Part shown: positions 10,561-20,628 of the stretch, in pieces | Numbering within the stretch: position 1 is the first letter of the stretch | Layout: each line of letters opens with the position of its first letter | Assembly (NCBI GenBank): GCA_963798085.1 | Contig: CAWCRS010000003.1 | Coordinates: forward strand, 800,001 to 864,000 | Direction: 5' to 3' | Origin: an uncultured Gemmatimonadales bacterium | Lineage (GTDB): Bacteria; Gemmatimonadota; Gemmatimonadetes; Longimicrobiales; RSA9 | DNA: 64,000 bases | Notes under the pieces: model-generated | What the model was told of the DNA's origin: nothing | Databases searched by the model: none | The model's input: the letters and a program-made list of their open reading frames with translations, nothing else | Position numbers and translations under genes: made by a program

Positions 10561-11824
10561 AGTCCTGATCGTCATCAAGCGCGAATTCCTCGAGCGCGTG
10601 CGCAGCCGCGCCTTCATGATCGGCACCATCGTTTTCCCGCTCTTCATGATCGGCATCTTCGCACTGCCGCAGCTGGTGGGCCGCGGCTCCGTGCACCGCA
10701 CGCTGGTACTGGTCGACGAAGCACCCGCACCGATCGGTGAGCGCTTCGCCGCACTGCTCGCCTCGCCCACCGACAGCAGCGCCACCAATCGCTACACGAT
10801 CCAGCCTGTGCAGGGTGCGTACGCGGCGCTCAAGGATCAGCTGAATGCGCGTGTCCTCAACCACGAAGTCGACGGCTACGTCGTCCTGCCCGCCGACATC
10901 CTGGACAGCAACAACGTGATCTATCGCGCGCAGAATATCGGCAACCAGTCGGTACTGCGTGACATCCGCAATGTCGCATCCGAAGTCGTGCAGGCGGAGC
11001 GCCTCCGCTCGGCCGGATTGCAGTTCAGCGACGTCGCCAAACTCACGCGTCGCATCGATGTCGAGGATGCCGCCATCACCGAGACCGGCGGCGAGGGCCG
11101 CGGCGCGGAGGCCACGTTCTTCTTCGCCTACATCCTCGCCTTCATGATCTACTTCATCACCGCGTTCTACGGCATGAACGTGCTGCGCAGCGTGCTCGAA
11201 GAGAAGACCAGCCGCATTGCCGAAGTCATGATCAGCTCCATGAAGGCGAGCCACCTCATGCTCGGCAAGATCGTAGGCGTGGGCTCCGCCGCCATGCTGC
11301 AGGTGGGTATCTGGGCCGGCTTCATCGTCTTCATCACCGTGCGCTCGGATCTCATTGCCAGCCGCTTCGGCGTACCGAAGGAGATGTTTGCCGCACTCTC
11401 GATTCCGACAGGCGACGGCATCCTCTTCCTGCTCTATTTCATACTCGGCTTCCTCCTCTTCGCCGCCGTGTTCGCCGCCGTGGGCGCGGCCATGACCAGC
11501 GAACAGGAAGCGCAGGCCGTGCAGATGCCGATCATGGTGCCGCTCTTCGTGCCGCTGCTCTTCTCACCCGCCATCACCGGTGAGCCGCTTTCCACACTGG
11601 CCACCGCGCTCGGCCTGTTCCCGCTCACCGCACCACTGGTCATGCCCATGCGCATCGCCACCGCACCCATCCCCACGATCCAGATCATCGCGTCCCTCGT
11701 GCTGCTCGTGCTCGGCCTGCTCGTCGTCGCCTGGCTCGCCGGCAAGATCTACCGCATCGGCATCCTTTCCACCGGAAAGCGGCCGTCACTGGCTGAGCTC
11801 GCACGCTGGCTCAAGGAGGCCTAG
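10553..11824 (+). CDS. ABC-2 exporter permease (NatB/YhaP-like)
   Basis: IKREFLERVR N-terminus, extracytoplasmic loop, EEKTSRIAEV, GKI.G, several C-terminal TM helices. Confidence 0.9.
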   Translation: MHEVLIVIKREFLERVRSRAFMIGTIVFPLFMIGIFALPQLVGRGSVHRTLVLVDEAPAPIGERFAALLASPTDSSATNRYTIQPVQGAYAALKDQLNARVLNHEVDGYVVLPADILDSNNVIYRAQNIGNQSVLRDIRNVASEVVQAERLRSAGLQFSDVAKLTRRIDVEDAAITETGGEGRGAEATFFFAYILAFMIYFITAFYGMNVLRSVLEEKTSRIAEVMISSMKASHLMLGKIVGVGSAAMLQVGIWAGFIVFITVRSDLIASRFGVPKEMFAALSIPTGDGILFLLYFILGFLLFAAVFAAVGAAMTSEQEAQAVQMPIMVPLFVPLLFSPAITGEPLSTLATALGLFPLTAPLVMPMRIATAPIPTIQIIASLVLLVLGLLVVAWLAGKIYRIGILSTGKRPSLAELARWLKEA

Positions 11825-11868
11825 CCGACCGGCGTTGCCGGGGCTTGCCCGGGAACCGATAAGACACC

Positions 11869-12078
11869 GTTGCTGGGGCTGGTTGCTGGGGCTGGTTGCT
11901 GCGGCTGGTCGGGTCGGGAACGGTTGGTACGGATTGCGAATGCGGGGCCGGGGCCGGTTGGTCACGACCGGTTTGCACGGATTGCGAATGCGGGCTCGGG
12001 CTGGGGCTGGTTGGTCGGGAACGGTTTGCACGGATTGCGAATGCGGGCTGGGGCTCGGGCTGGGCCGGGGCTGGGAAC
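11869..12078. repeat. Composite intergenic repeat: GTTGCTGGGGCTG units followed by three ~50-bp units with core CGGATTGCGAATGCGGG
   Basis: Core at 11930, 11978 and 12031; the 13-mer family also occurs at ~17915, ~18157 and ~58438. Confidence 0.8.
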
Positions 12079-12214
12079 TCACGACTGGTAATGAATGCGC
12101 AACCGCGCATCGCGCACTGCGCGGTGGCAACCGGGTCCACGACGTTGCGCTACGGAGGGCCGGCCGGCATCGGGCCGGCCTTGCGGTGTTCTAACCACCT
12201 GTTATCGCCCGCGT

Positions 12215-12357
12215 TCGGACCAGCATGGCATTCTTTCCTTCTGGCCGCCTTCGCCAGCCACGCGACCCACCCGAGCATGAAAACCGTCAGTCGATATTCG
12301 ACTGGGTCCCTGCCATGCGTATGCGGCGCACAACCCAAGAATGCCAAGACGGTCCGA
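12215..12357. repeat. ~143-bp interspersed element with terminal inverted repeats (MITE/REP-like), copy 1
   Basis: Ends TCGGACCAGCATGGCATTCTT and AAGAATGCCAAGACGGTCCGA; alignable to the copies at 30212, 40874 and 41054. Confidence 0.85.
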
Positions 12358-12424
12358 TACGGATGCCCGGGCAACCAGCTGCGGCAGCCAGCACCCGCAC
12401 TGCGGCGGGTCCGTCAGTCCCCGC

Positions 12425-13447
12425 TCACGAGCCGGCCGCCAATCCGCCGCGCAACCCCACCATCGACTCGATCAGTTCGTAATCCTGCGCCAACCGTGCG
12501 GGATCTTCGCCGCGCTGTTCGATGACCGCATCGTCGGAGTTGCCCAGGAAGCGGTTGGCCTGGACCAGGTACCACAGGCGGTCGGGGTCCACGCCCATCA
12601 GGCGGGCGGCGGTCGCATCCACCGCAACAGGATCCTCGCCGAAGAGCAGCACATTGCTGTTGCGCGCGCGACCCTGGATCGGGCCATTGCCTTCCATGCC
12701 CACAATGCCGTCCACGATGTTGAGGCGAGGCACATCGAGGGAGGCGTTGATGTCGAGTATGCTCTGCTCGATGCCGGCCCAGTGCAGCACGTTCTTGGGC
12801 CAGCCGTAGACGCCGCCGGGCAGGACCCCGAACATGTTCTTGAGGGAGAGCGTGACACCGGCCCAGTGGTGCGTCTTCATCTTGGGCATGGACACCAGCA
12901 GATCCGCGCCGGCCACGGTTTCTGCGATGTACAGCTTCTGCAGCGTTGTGTAGCGGCTGAGCGCAGTGACGCGTCGCGCGCTGTCCAGATTGAGGTCGAC
13001 GTAGCGCGCGCCCGTGTCGCGCAGCACATCGCGCAGCCCTGAAGCGGTCAGCAGATACTCCGTGTCACGCCGGTGTCCCGGCCCTTCCGCGACGATCACT
13101 TCGCCCGCGTCGAGGCGACGGAACGCCTGCACCGCCGCGGCCACCAGCACGGGATTCGTGTTGATCACGCCACCCGGATCGAACTCCACGAAGTTGGGCT
13201 TCAGCACAACCCGCCGGCCGCGCACAGCCGTGCCGCACAGACTGACACCGCGTTGCACGATGTCGATGAGGCTGTCGTCGTAGCGGCTGGCATTGAGCAC
13301 GGCGACCGCCGAGCGGTCTGTCTTGCGATACGCGTCCGGCAGCCAGAGCGGCCCGGGTGGCAGCGGCGCCTGCTGCGCACATCCCGACAATGCCGGTGCC
13401 GCCGCGGCCGCGGCGGCGAGCTGCAGGAAGCGCCTGCGGTCAGCCAT
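12425..13447 (-). CDS. DUF362 domain protein with Tat signal and lipobox
   Basis: MADRRRFLQL...ALSGC; LKPNFV, AEG, PKMKTHH..VTLSLKNMFG, IVDG..GMEGNGP, DPVAVD. Confidence 0.85.
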   Translation of the reverse strand: MADRRRFLQLAAAAAAAPALSGCAQQAPLPPGPLWLPDAYRKTDRSAVAVLNASRYDDSLIDIVQRGVSLCGTAVRGRRVVLKPNFVEFDPGGVINTNPVLVAAAVQAFRRLDAGEVIVAEGPGHRRDTEYLLTASGLRDVLRDTGARYVDLNLDSARRVTALSRYTTLQKLYIAETVAGADLLVSMPKMKTHHWAGVTLSLKNMFGVLPGGVYGWPKNVLHWAGIEQSILDINASLDVPRLNIVDGIVGMEGNGPIQGRARNSNVLLFGEDPVAVDATAARLMGVDPDRLWYLVQANRFLGNSDDAVIEQRGEDPARLAQDYELIESMVGLRGGLAAGS

Positions 13448-14333
13448 GACGCTCGAGCAGGAACGGGTTGGGCAGTGTGCTGCTCGCCATGGCGGCCAGG
13501 GCCAGGGTGCGCGTCTGTCCCAGGAAATCCGTGTCCGCCCGGGCAGCAGCGAGCCCCGCGGGCAGTCCGCCTGCATCCCGCCGCCATGCGCGCATGGCTA
13601 ACAGTGCCAGAGCCAGTGTCAGACCGGAGTGATTGCCCTGCAGCATGCGTTGCAGCGCATCGAAACCCTGCGTGATGGTCGCGTCCGCGGGCAGGTCCTG
13701 CAGCGAGAGCAGGGCGATTGCGGTAATGTCGGGATAGGGTTCGAGGTCCTGGCCCAGCACTCGCCGGTTGCCGTAGTTCCAGCCGCCACCGGTGCACGCC
13801 CGGTCGCGCAACATGCGCTCCGCTTCATGCACGCGCGCCTGCAGCCGGTGCGACGGCTGCTTGCCGCGGCGCCGCTTCAGGGCGAGCAGTGCGTACGCGG
13901 TGGGCTCGACCCAGCTGAACGTGCCCACCGCCCAGGGCCAGCCGCGCAGGTCCCAATCCAGCTCGACCTCCTGTCCGTGCCACAGCTCGTGCCAGCGCGT
14001 GCGCCAGTCGATGGTCTCGGCCTCGTCCTGGAGAATCCAATCGGTTGCCCGCCGCAATGCGGGTTCCGCCGCGGCCACGCCATCGAGCGCCAGCACGCAG
14101 AGCATCGTGACCCAGCTGGGCCCTTCGACGAGGGCATCGAGCGGCCAGCTGCCCCCCGCGTGCTGGCTTCCCAGCAGCCATTCCGTGGCCCGCTGCCTGG
14201 CCGGCGCGTCCGCCGGCAGCGCCATCAGCGCCAGCGCGGTCGGCTCGGTGCAGGACGGCGCATCCGCGTGCGCGCCCCAGCCGCCGTCCGCGTTCTGCTC
14301 GCGCAGCAGGCGCTCGAGCAGCGATTCCGTCAT
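13440..14333 (-). CDS. Prenyltransferase/squalene-cyclase (QW-like) repeat alpha-barrel protein
   Basis: QNADGGWG, QHAGGSWP, GWPW, GGWNYGN repeats alternating with TAxALLAL helices. Confidence 0.8.
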   Translation of the reverse strand: MTESLLERLLREQNADGGWGAHADAPSCTEPTALALMALPADAPARQRATEWLLGSQHAGGSWPLDALVEGPSWVTMLCVLALDGVAAAEPALRRATDWILQDEAETIDWRTRWHELWHGQEVELDWDLRGWPWAVGTFSWVEPTAYALLALKRRRGKQPSHRLQARVHEAERMLRDRACTGGGWNYGNRRVLGQDLEPYPDITAIALLSLQDLPADATITQGFDALQRMLQGNHSGLTLALALLAMRAWRRDAGGLPAGLAAARADTDFLGQTRTLALAAMASSTLPNPFLLERHG

Positions 14334-15925
14334 GGCCGCGCCGCCCGCGCGAGCAGGCCATCCGGGCGCGCCAGCCGCGAAGCCGCAGGTGCGCCGGCGG
14401 CGGACGACGTGTCGTCGCCTGATAATGTGTTGTTATAGGACCGACGACGCAGCAGCACGGCCGTGGCATCCTCGTACCAGACCTGCCAGTCGGGCGTCTG
14501 GCGCAGCGCTTCGGCAAGACGGCTGTGCGGCGGCACCAGCACCAGCGCAATGTCCCAGCGGCGCAGCTGCTCGCGCCAGCCGGGCTCGAGCCGCTCGACG
14601 GTCATGTACGAAGCCAGCACATCGTTGCCGAAGAAATCGGTCATGCCATCGATGAAGATCTTCTGCTGCGGCCATGCGTGCAGGATGTAGCCGCCCCAGA
14701 CGAACCAGTTGTACAGGTGTCCCTGGAGAGCGGCCGCCCTGGCGGCGCGCACCGCCTGCACGGGGAAGCTGCGGCGGTCGAAGTCGTCAGGCAGCACGCG
14801 CGTCCCGGCCACGGCGCCGCGACTCAGCGCCAGCAGCACGAGCGCCGCCGTGGCCCACGGTATCCAGCGGCCCCGTCTCGCCACCCGTTCACCGTCCTCG
14901 AACACAACGCGCATGCGCCGCAGCCAGCGCGCGCGCAGCGCCCGAAACGCAGGATCGATCTCCACCGCGAGCAGCGGCAGTCCCACCACGCCGAAGAGCG
15001 GCGCATTGCGGGTCGCGTACAATGCCGCCGCCAGCATGAGCAGCAGCACGAACAGCCGCGGGAACGGGGGACGCCTGCGCTGCAATACCAGCGTGGCCAC
15101 CATGCTCAGCAGCACCGCCAGGAACAGCAGGCCGTAGAGCGTCCGGAAATCGAGCGGCGCGAACTCCGCGGTGTTGCGCAGCAGCCAGCGGTTGGAGAGG
15201 ATGCCCGTTACCCGCGCCAGCAGCGCCGGTCCCTGCGGGTTGAGGCACGCCGCTAACACACCGGTTAGTGCGCCCAGGGCGTGACTGGCGGCCTGGTGCT
15301 GCCACGCTCGCCGGTGCACCGCGTCCGGGCTGAGCAGCGCCTCGCAGGTATCGCCCAGCGCCCAGGCGGCGAGCAGTGCGAGCCCCAGCACGAACCCCGC
15401 GTGGAAATTGGCCCATGTCGCGAACAACAGTGCATAGCACCACGGCGCGTGCCGCCGCGCGTGTACCGCAATGTGCAGCAGCAGCGCCAGTCCGAGGAAC
15501 GTGAACAGGTGCGGGCGCGCCACCCAGTGCGGCGCGCCCAGCACGGCCGCCACGACACCGGTGACGTACGCGAGCAGCGGATCCACCCCGGCGCGGCGCA
15601 GGAACAGCACGATGAGGGCGTAGGTAGCGCCGATCAGGAGCCCCGCCAGCACGGCGACGGCGGCCAGGCCACCCGCACGGTACGCCAGCGCGTATGCGAC
15701 CTGGCTCAGCCACTCCGTCGTCAGGAACGGCCCCGTGTGGGTGAATGCGAAGCGATCGAGCTGGAACGGTCCACCGTGCAGGATGAACTCGCCCATGGTC
15801 AGGTGGCGGGGGAAATCGCCGTCGGCATTGAGCAGCCGGGTGTGCAGCACGAGCGGCACGGCCACCGCCCAGAGGATGAACGTCAGGTCGACGATCGAGG
15901 CGCGCAGTCGATTGGGCGATTGCAT
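14330..15925 (-). CDS. Polytopic membrane protein, GT-C-fold glycosyltransferase-like
   Basis: Many TM helices; first-loop DGD..RH...GE, D.FAFT, EWLSQV, RPHLFT, WANFHAGF, NP.G, EF.P; soluble C-terminal GGY...IFIDG..D domain. Confidence 0.7.
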   Translation of the reverse strand: MQSPNRLRASIVDLTFILWAVAVPLVLHTRLLNADGDFPRHLTMGEFILHGGPFQLDRFAFTHTGPFLTTEWLSQVAYALAYRAGGLAAVAVLAGLLIGATYALIVLFLRRAGVDPLLAYVTGVVAAVLGAPHWVARPHLFTFLGLALLLHIAVHARRHAPWCYALLFATWANFHAGFVLGLALLAAWALGDTCEALLSPDAVHRRAWQHQAASHALGALTGVLAACLNPQGPALLARVTGILSNRWLLRNTAEFAPLDFRTLYGLLFLAVLLSMVATLVLQRRRPPFPRLFVLLLMLAAALYATRNAPLFGVVGLPLLAVEIDPAFRALRARWLRRMRVVFEDGERVARRGRWIPWATAALVLLALSRGAVAGTRVLPDDFDRRSFPVQAVRAARAAALQGHLYNWFVWGGYILHAWPQQKIFIDGMTDFFGNDVLASYMTVERLEPGWREQLRRWDIALVLVPPHSRLAEALRQTPDWQVWYEDATAVLLRRRSYNNTLSGDDTSSAAGAPAASRLARPDGLLARAARP

Positions 15926-15955
15926 CCTGCTCGCCGTGACATCCGGCGTTGTGAG

Positions 15956-16576
15956 TTACCGCGCGGGCTCCTGGCGAGACGTGTCGCGTGGCATGGACCG
16001 CGCCGAATCCTGAATCACCGCGAAGGAAGGCGTGCCATCCGGCTCGATGCCCAGGCTGGCGCGCGTCGCGCCATTGGCGTCTGCGAACACCAGTGTAGAC
16101 GAACCATCGGCCGCCATGCCCAGCACCGTGCGCGTGCGCCCGTCGCGGTCGGCAAACGCCACCGAACCCGTGAGATCGGTGAGCAGACTCACCACCACCC
16201 TGGACCTGCCGTTGCTGTCCGTGAAGGCAATGCCGGGCGCGCCGTCGCTCAGCACAGAAAGGCGAACACGGCTGATCCCGTTGCCATCGTTCAGCGCAAT
16301 GGCGGTCGAGCCATCCGGCTGCACCCGCCATGTACCACGCGCCGCACCGCGCGCATCGCGCAGCACGAACTCGGTGGCGCGCACGGTCGCGGTGCCCCTG
16401 CGCGCTGTCAGGAACGCCGACACCACCAGGATCACCGCGCTGACAACGGCCAGGCTCAGCAGCAGCAGGAGTTGTCGCAACCGCCTGTTGGAGCGCTCCA
16501 CGGCCGTCAGCCGTGCGACGACGTTTTCCTGGAATGACCGCGACTCGCTCGCCGCTGCCGGTGTCGGCTCGCTCAT
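15956..16576 (-). CDS. Single-pass membrane protein with tandem beta-hairpin repeats
   Basis: Coiled segment, one TM helix, then about five D-x-x-G-x-x-R...DG repeats of ~23 aa. Confidence 0.75.
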   Translation of the reverse strand: MSEPTPAAASESRSFQENVVARLTAVERSNRRLRQLLLLLSLAVVSAVILVVSAFLTARRGTATVRATEFVLRDARGAARGTWRVQPDGSTAIALNDGNGISRVRLSVLSDGAPGIAFTDSNGRSRVVVSLLTDLTGSVAFADRDGRTRTVLGMAADGSSTLVFADANGATRASLGIEPDGTPSFAVIQDSARSMPRDTSRQEPAR

Positions 16577-16983
16577 GCGCTCTTCTCCGCTGCCCCGATT
16601 TCCCGTGCGCCCTCGTCCTGCGGCAATGCCGCCGGCATCCAGGCCAGGTGATCGCCTTCCGCAGTGGCGGTGGCGGCAATCGTGCCGCTGGGTACTTCCA
16701 GTGCGTACTTGGCGCGCGCGTGCCAGCCCGTGACCCGGCGAGGCGCCAGACGCTGATAGAGGGCGACGACGCGGCCCTGTCGATCCAGGAAGATAATGTC
16801 GAGCGGGTATTTCATGCCGAACGTGTGCACGGCGCGGCAGGGATTGAGCAGCAGCCCCTCGCCGTGATCGGGACGCGGCCGCCCCAGGAATCCGCGCGCA
16901 CGCGACCACATCTGGTCCGCCAGACCCACGCGCGAACCCACCACGCTGTCGCGCGTCCGGTTCACGATGCGCAGCTGCTTCAT
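16573..16983 (-). CDS. DUF192 domain protein
   Basis: AD..WSR.RGFLGR, EGLL..PC..VHTFGM.YPLD.IFLD, ALEVPSG; overlaps the tadC stop. Confidence 0.88.
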   Translation of the reverse strand: MKQLRIVNRTRDSVVGSRVGLADQMWSRARGFLGRPRPDHGEGLLLNPCRAVHTFGMKYPLDIIFLDRQGRVVALYQRLAPRRVTGWHARAKYALEVPSGTIAATATAEGDHLAWMPAALPQDEGAREIGAAEKSA

Positions 16984-17897
16984 CCCAGCCCGCGCAGCGC
17001 GCGGATCACTCCGATCAGCGCCGGCCCCAGAATGACGACGAACATGGCCGGGAAGATACAAAGCACGAGCGGGAACATCATCTTGATCGCCGTCTTCGCG
17101 GCCATTTCCTCCGCGCGCTGGCGACGCTTCTGTCGCATGGTGTCGGAGTGCACGCGCAGCGAGCGCGCAATGGAAGTGCCGAAACGGTCCGTCTGGATCA
17201 GCATGGTGACCAGCGAACCGACATCAGGCACGGCATTGCGCTCCGCCAGCTGGCGCAGCGCCTGGTCTCGCGGCGTGCCCGCGCGGATCTCCGCGTTCGT
17301 CTGCAACAGCTCGATGCTCATATTGGCGCTGACAATGCGCACCTCCTCCGCCACGCGCACCAGCGCCTGGTTCAGACCCAACCCCGCCTCCACGCACACC
17401 ACCAGCATGTCGAGCGCATCCGGAAGCGCGCGCTCCAGTTCCTTCTGCCTCGCCCGCCGCCGGGCTCGCACGTACAGGAACGGCGCAATGTAGCCGACCG
17501 TCGCGAAGTAGAACGCCGCGAACAGCCCGATGCGCGGCGGGACACCCAGGGGCGGAAGCAGCGACATCACCGCAATGCCGAGTCCCAGTCCCACCGACAG
17601 TCGCGCGCCCCAGTAGATGGCCAGCGCACCCGGCCGGCGATAACCCGCGTGCACCAGCATTTCCGCATCGCTCGAGGCGCCATCGCGACCCGGCTGCAGG
17701 CGGCCGCCCACACGCTCGAGCAGCGCCAGCACACGCTCCGCCGCCGAGCGCCGCTCCGCTCCCGTCACACCGCCCAGCGCTGCGATGTCACCCAGCCGCT
17801 CCCGCAGCGCCCGCTGCCGCCCCGCCAGCAGATCCGCCACGAGGAAGACCGCAGTGCTTACGGCAATGCCAAGACTCACCGCGAATAGCGTCAGCAT
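16980..17897 (-). CDS. tadC: Tad pilus inner-membrane platform protein TadC (T2SS F family)
   Basis: LPDALDMLVVCVEAGLGL..AL.RV, LIQTDRFGT, AEE.AAK..IKM.FPLVLCIFPA. Confidence 0.93.
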   Translation of the reverse strand: MLTLFAVSLGIAVSTAVFLVADLLAGRQRALRERLGDIAALGGVTGAERRSAAERVLALLERVGGRLQPGRDGASSDAEMLVHAGYRRPGALAIYWGARLSVGLGLGIAVMSLLPPLGVPPRIGLFAAFYFATVGYIAPFLYVRARRRARQKELERALPDALDMLVVCVEAGLGLNQALVRVAEEVRIVSANMSIELLQTNAEIRAGTPRDQALRQLAERNAVPDVGSLVTMLIQTDRFGTSIARSLRVHSDTMRQKRRQRAEEMAAKTAIKMMFPLVLCIFPAMFVVILGPALIGVIRALRGLG

Positions 17898-17913
17898 TGG
17901 ACGGAACCAACTG

Positions 17914-18193
17914 CGTTGCTGGGGCCGGTTGCTGGGGCTCGTTGCCGGGGAACAGACACGACCCTGGCGCGCGCACCGGGGCGCAGACGCACAGGCGTTG
18001 CCCACGCCGCTGCGCCCAACGGCTCCCGATCAGCCACCCACCTCATCCGTTCATACTCCGCAATCGTAAGTGCGTGTTAGCATCGCCATCCGTATGCAGT
18101 TCCCGTTCAACCAGGCCCAGCAACGCAACACGGCTGAAACTGTTTCTGTTGCTGTTCCCCAGCAACCAGCCCGAGCAACCAGCCCCAGCAACG
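17914..18193. repeat. Inverted pair of GTTGCTGGGGCTG-type arrays in the tadB-tadC spacer
   Basis: 17914-17955 CGTTGCTGGGGCCGGTTGCTGGGGCTCGTTGCCGGGGAACAG versus 18152-18193 CTGTTCCCCAGCAACCAGCCCGAGCAACCAGCCCCAGCAACG. Confidence 0.8.
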
Positions 18194-18208
18194 CCGTTGC
18201 AGTCCCAG

Positions 18209-19161
18209 CTATATCTCGATCCCCACAATGCGCCGTATCCAGATGAAGCCGATGATCTGCAGGAGCAGGGCGCCGCCGACCATGGCGCGGCCCACCGGCT
18301 CGGTCCACAGCATGGATGCGTACTGCCGATCGGCCAGAAACAGGCCGGCGGCCATCACGAGCGGCATCACGGCGAGCACGGTGCCGCTAAGGCGACCTTG
18401 CGCGGTGTGCACGCGCAGCTGCCGCTGCACGGCGAACCGCGCGCGCACGGTCTGTCCGATCTTGTCCAGGATCTCCGCCAGGTTGCCTCCCACTTCGCGC
18501 TGGATCAGGATGGCGGTCACGAAGATGCGTACATCGACCAGGTCGTTGCGGTAGGCAAGACCCAGCAGCGCGTCCTCGAAGGGCAGACCGAAGCGATTCT
18601 GTTCGAACACCTTCGCGAACTCGCCGGCAATCGGCATGGAGGCTTCTTCCGCGACCATGCGCACGCCGGCGGACAGTGGATGCCCGGCGCGGATGGCGCG
18701 GCTCAGCAGGTCCACCGCATCCGGGAACTGCTCCTCGAACGCGCGCAGCCGGCGCCGCTTGCGCTGGCGCACGAATACGCCCGGCAGCAGTGCCGCCAGC
18801 GCTGTGATCACCAGGGCCAGCACCAGCGAGTGACCGAACAGCCATGTCAGCAGACCGAAGAACGCGGCCGAACCGATGATGAGCCCGGCATAGAAGCGTG
18901 TGCTCCAGTCGAGGCCCGCCTGGCGCAGCAGCCTCGCCGCTTCGCGCAGGCCGGGCATTCCCGCCAGCAGTGCCGGCAGTGGCGCCTCCTGACGCTCTTC
19001 CGCGCGGAACAGCTCGGCCAGCCCATCATCGCGGCGGACAGTCGGCGGTGTGAGTCGCTGCAGCACGACGCGGCGGCGCTCGGCGGATTGCATGAGTTCG
19101 ATGATCAGCCCGATGGAAAGCGCGCCGAACGCAACGGCCACGAGCAGCCACGCGGTCTGGC

Positions 19162-19168
<7 letters not shown>
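18209..19168 (-). CDS. tadB: Tad pilus inner-membrane platform protein TadB
   Basis: [44 protein letters not shown]. Confidence 0.94.

Positions 19169-20628
<1,460 letters not shown>

Noticed and set aside
11910..12060. Possible mini-CRISPR (17-bp core recurring every 48-53 bp)
   Set aside because: Intervening sequences resemble each other, only three copies, core too short, no cas or leader
12215..12357. Integron attC sites or tRNA-derived repeats
   Set aside because: No RYYYAAC/GTTRRRY ends, no cassette organisation or integrase, no cloverleaf or T-loop motif
13440..14333. Squalene-hopene cyclase or terpene biosynthetic cluster
   Set aside because: About half the size of SHC, lacks DXDD, and no isoprenoid pathway genes are nearby
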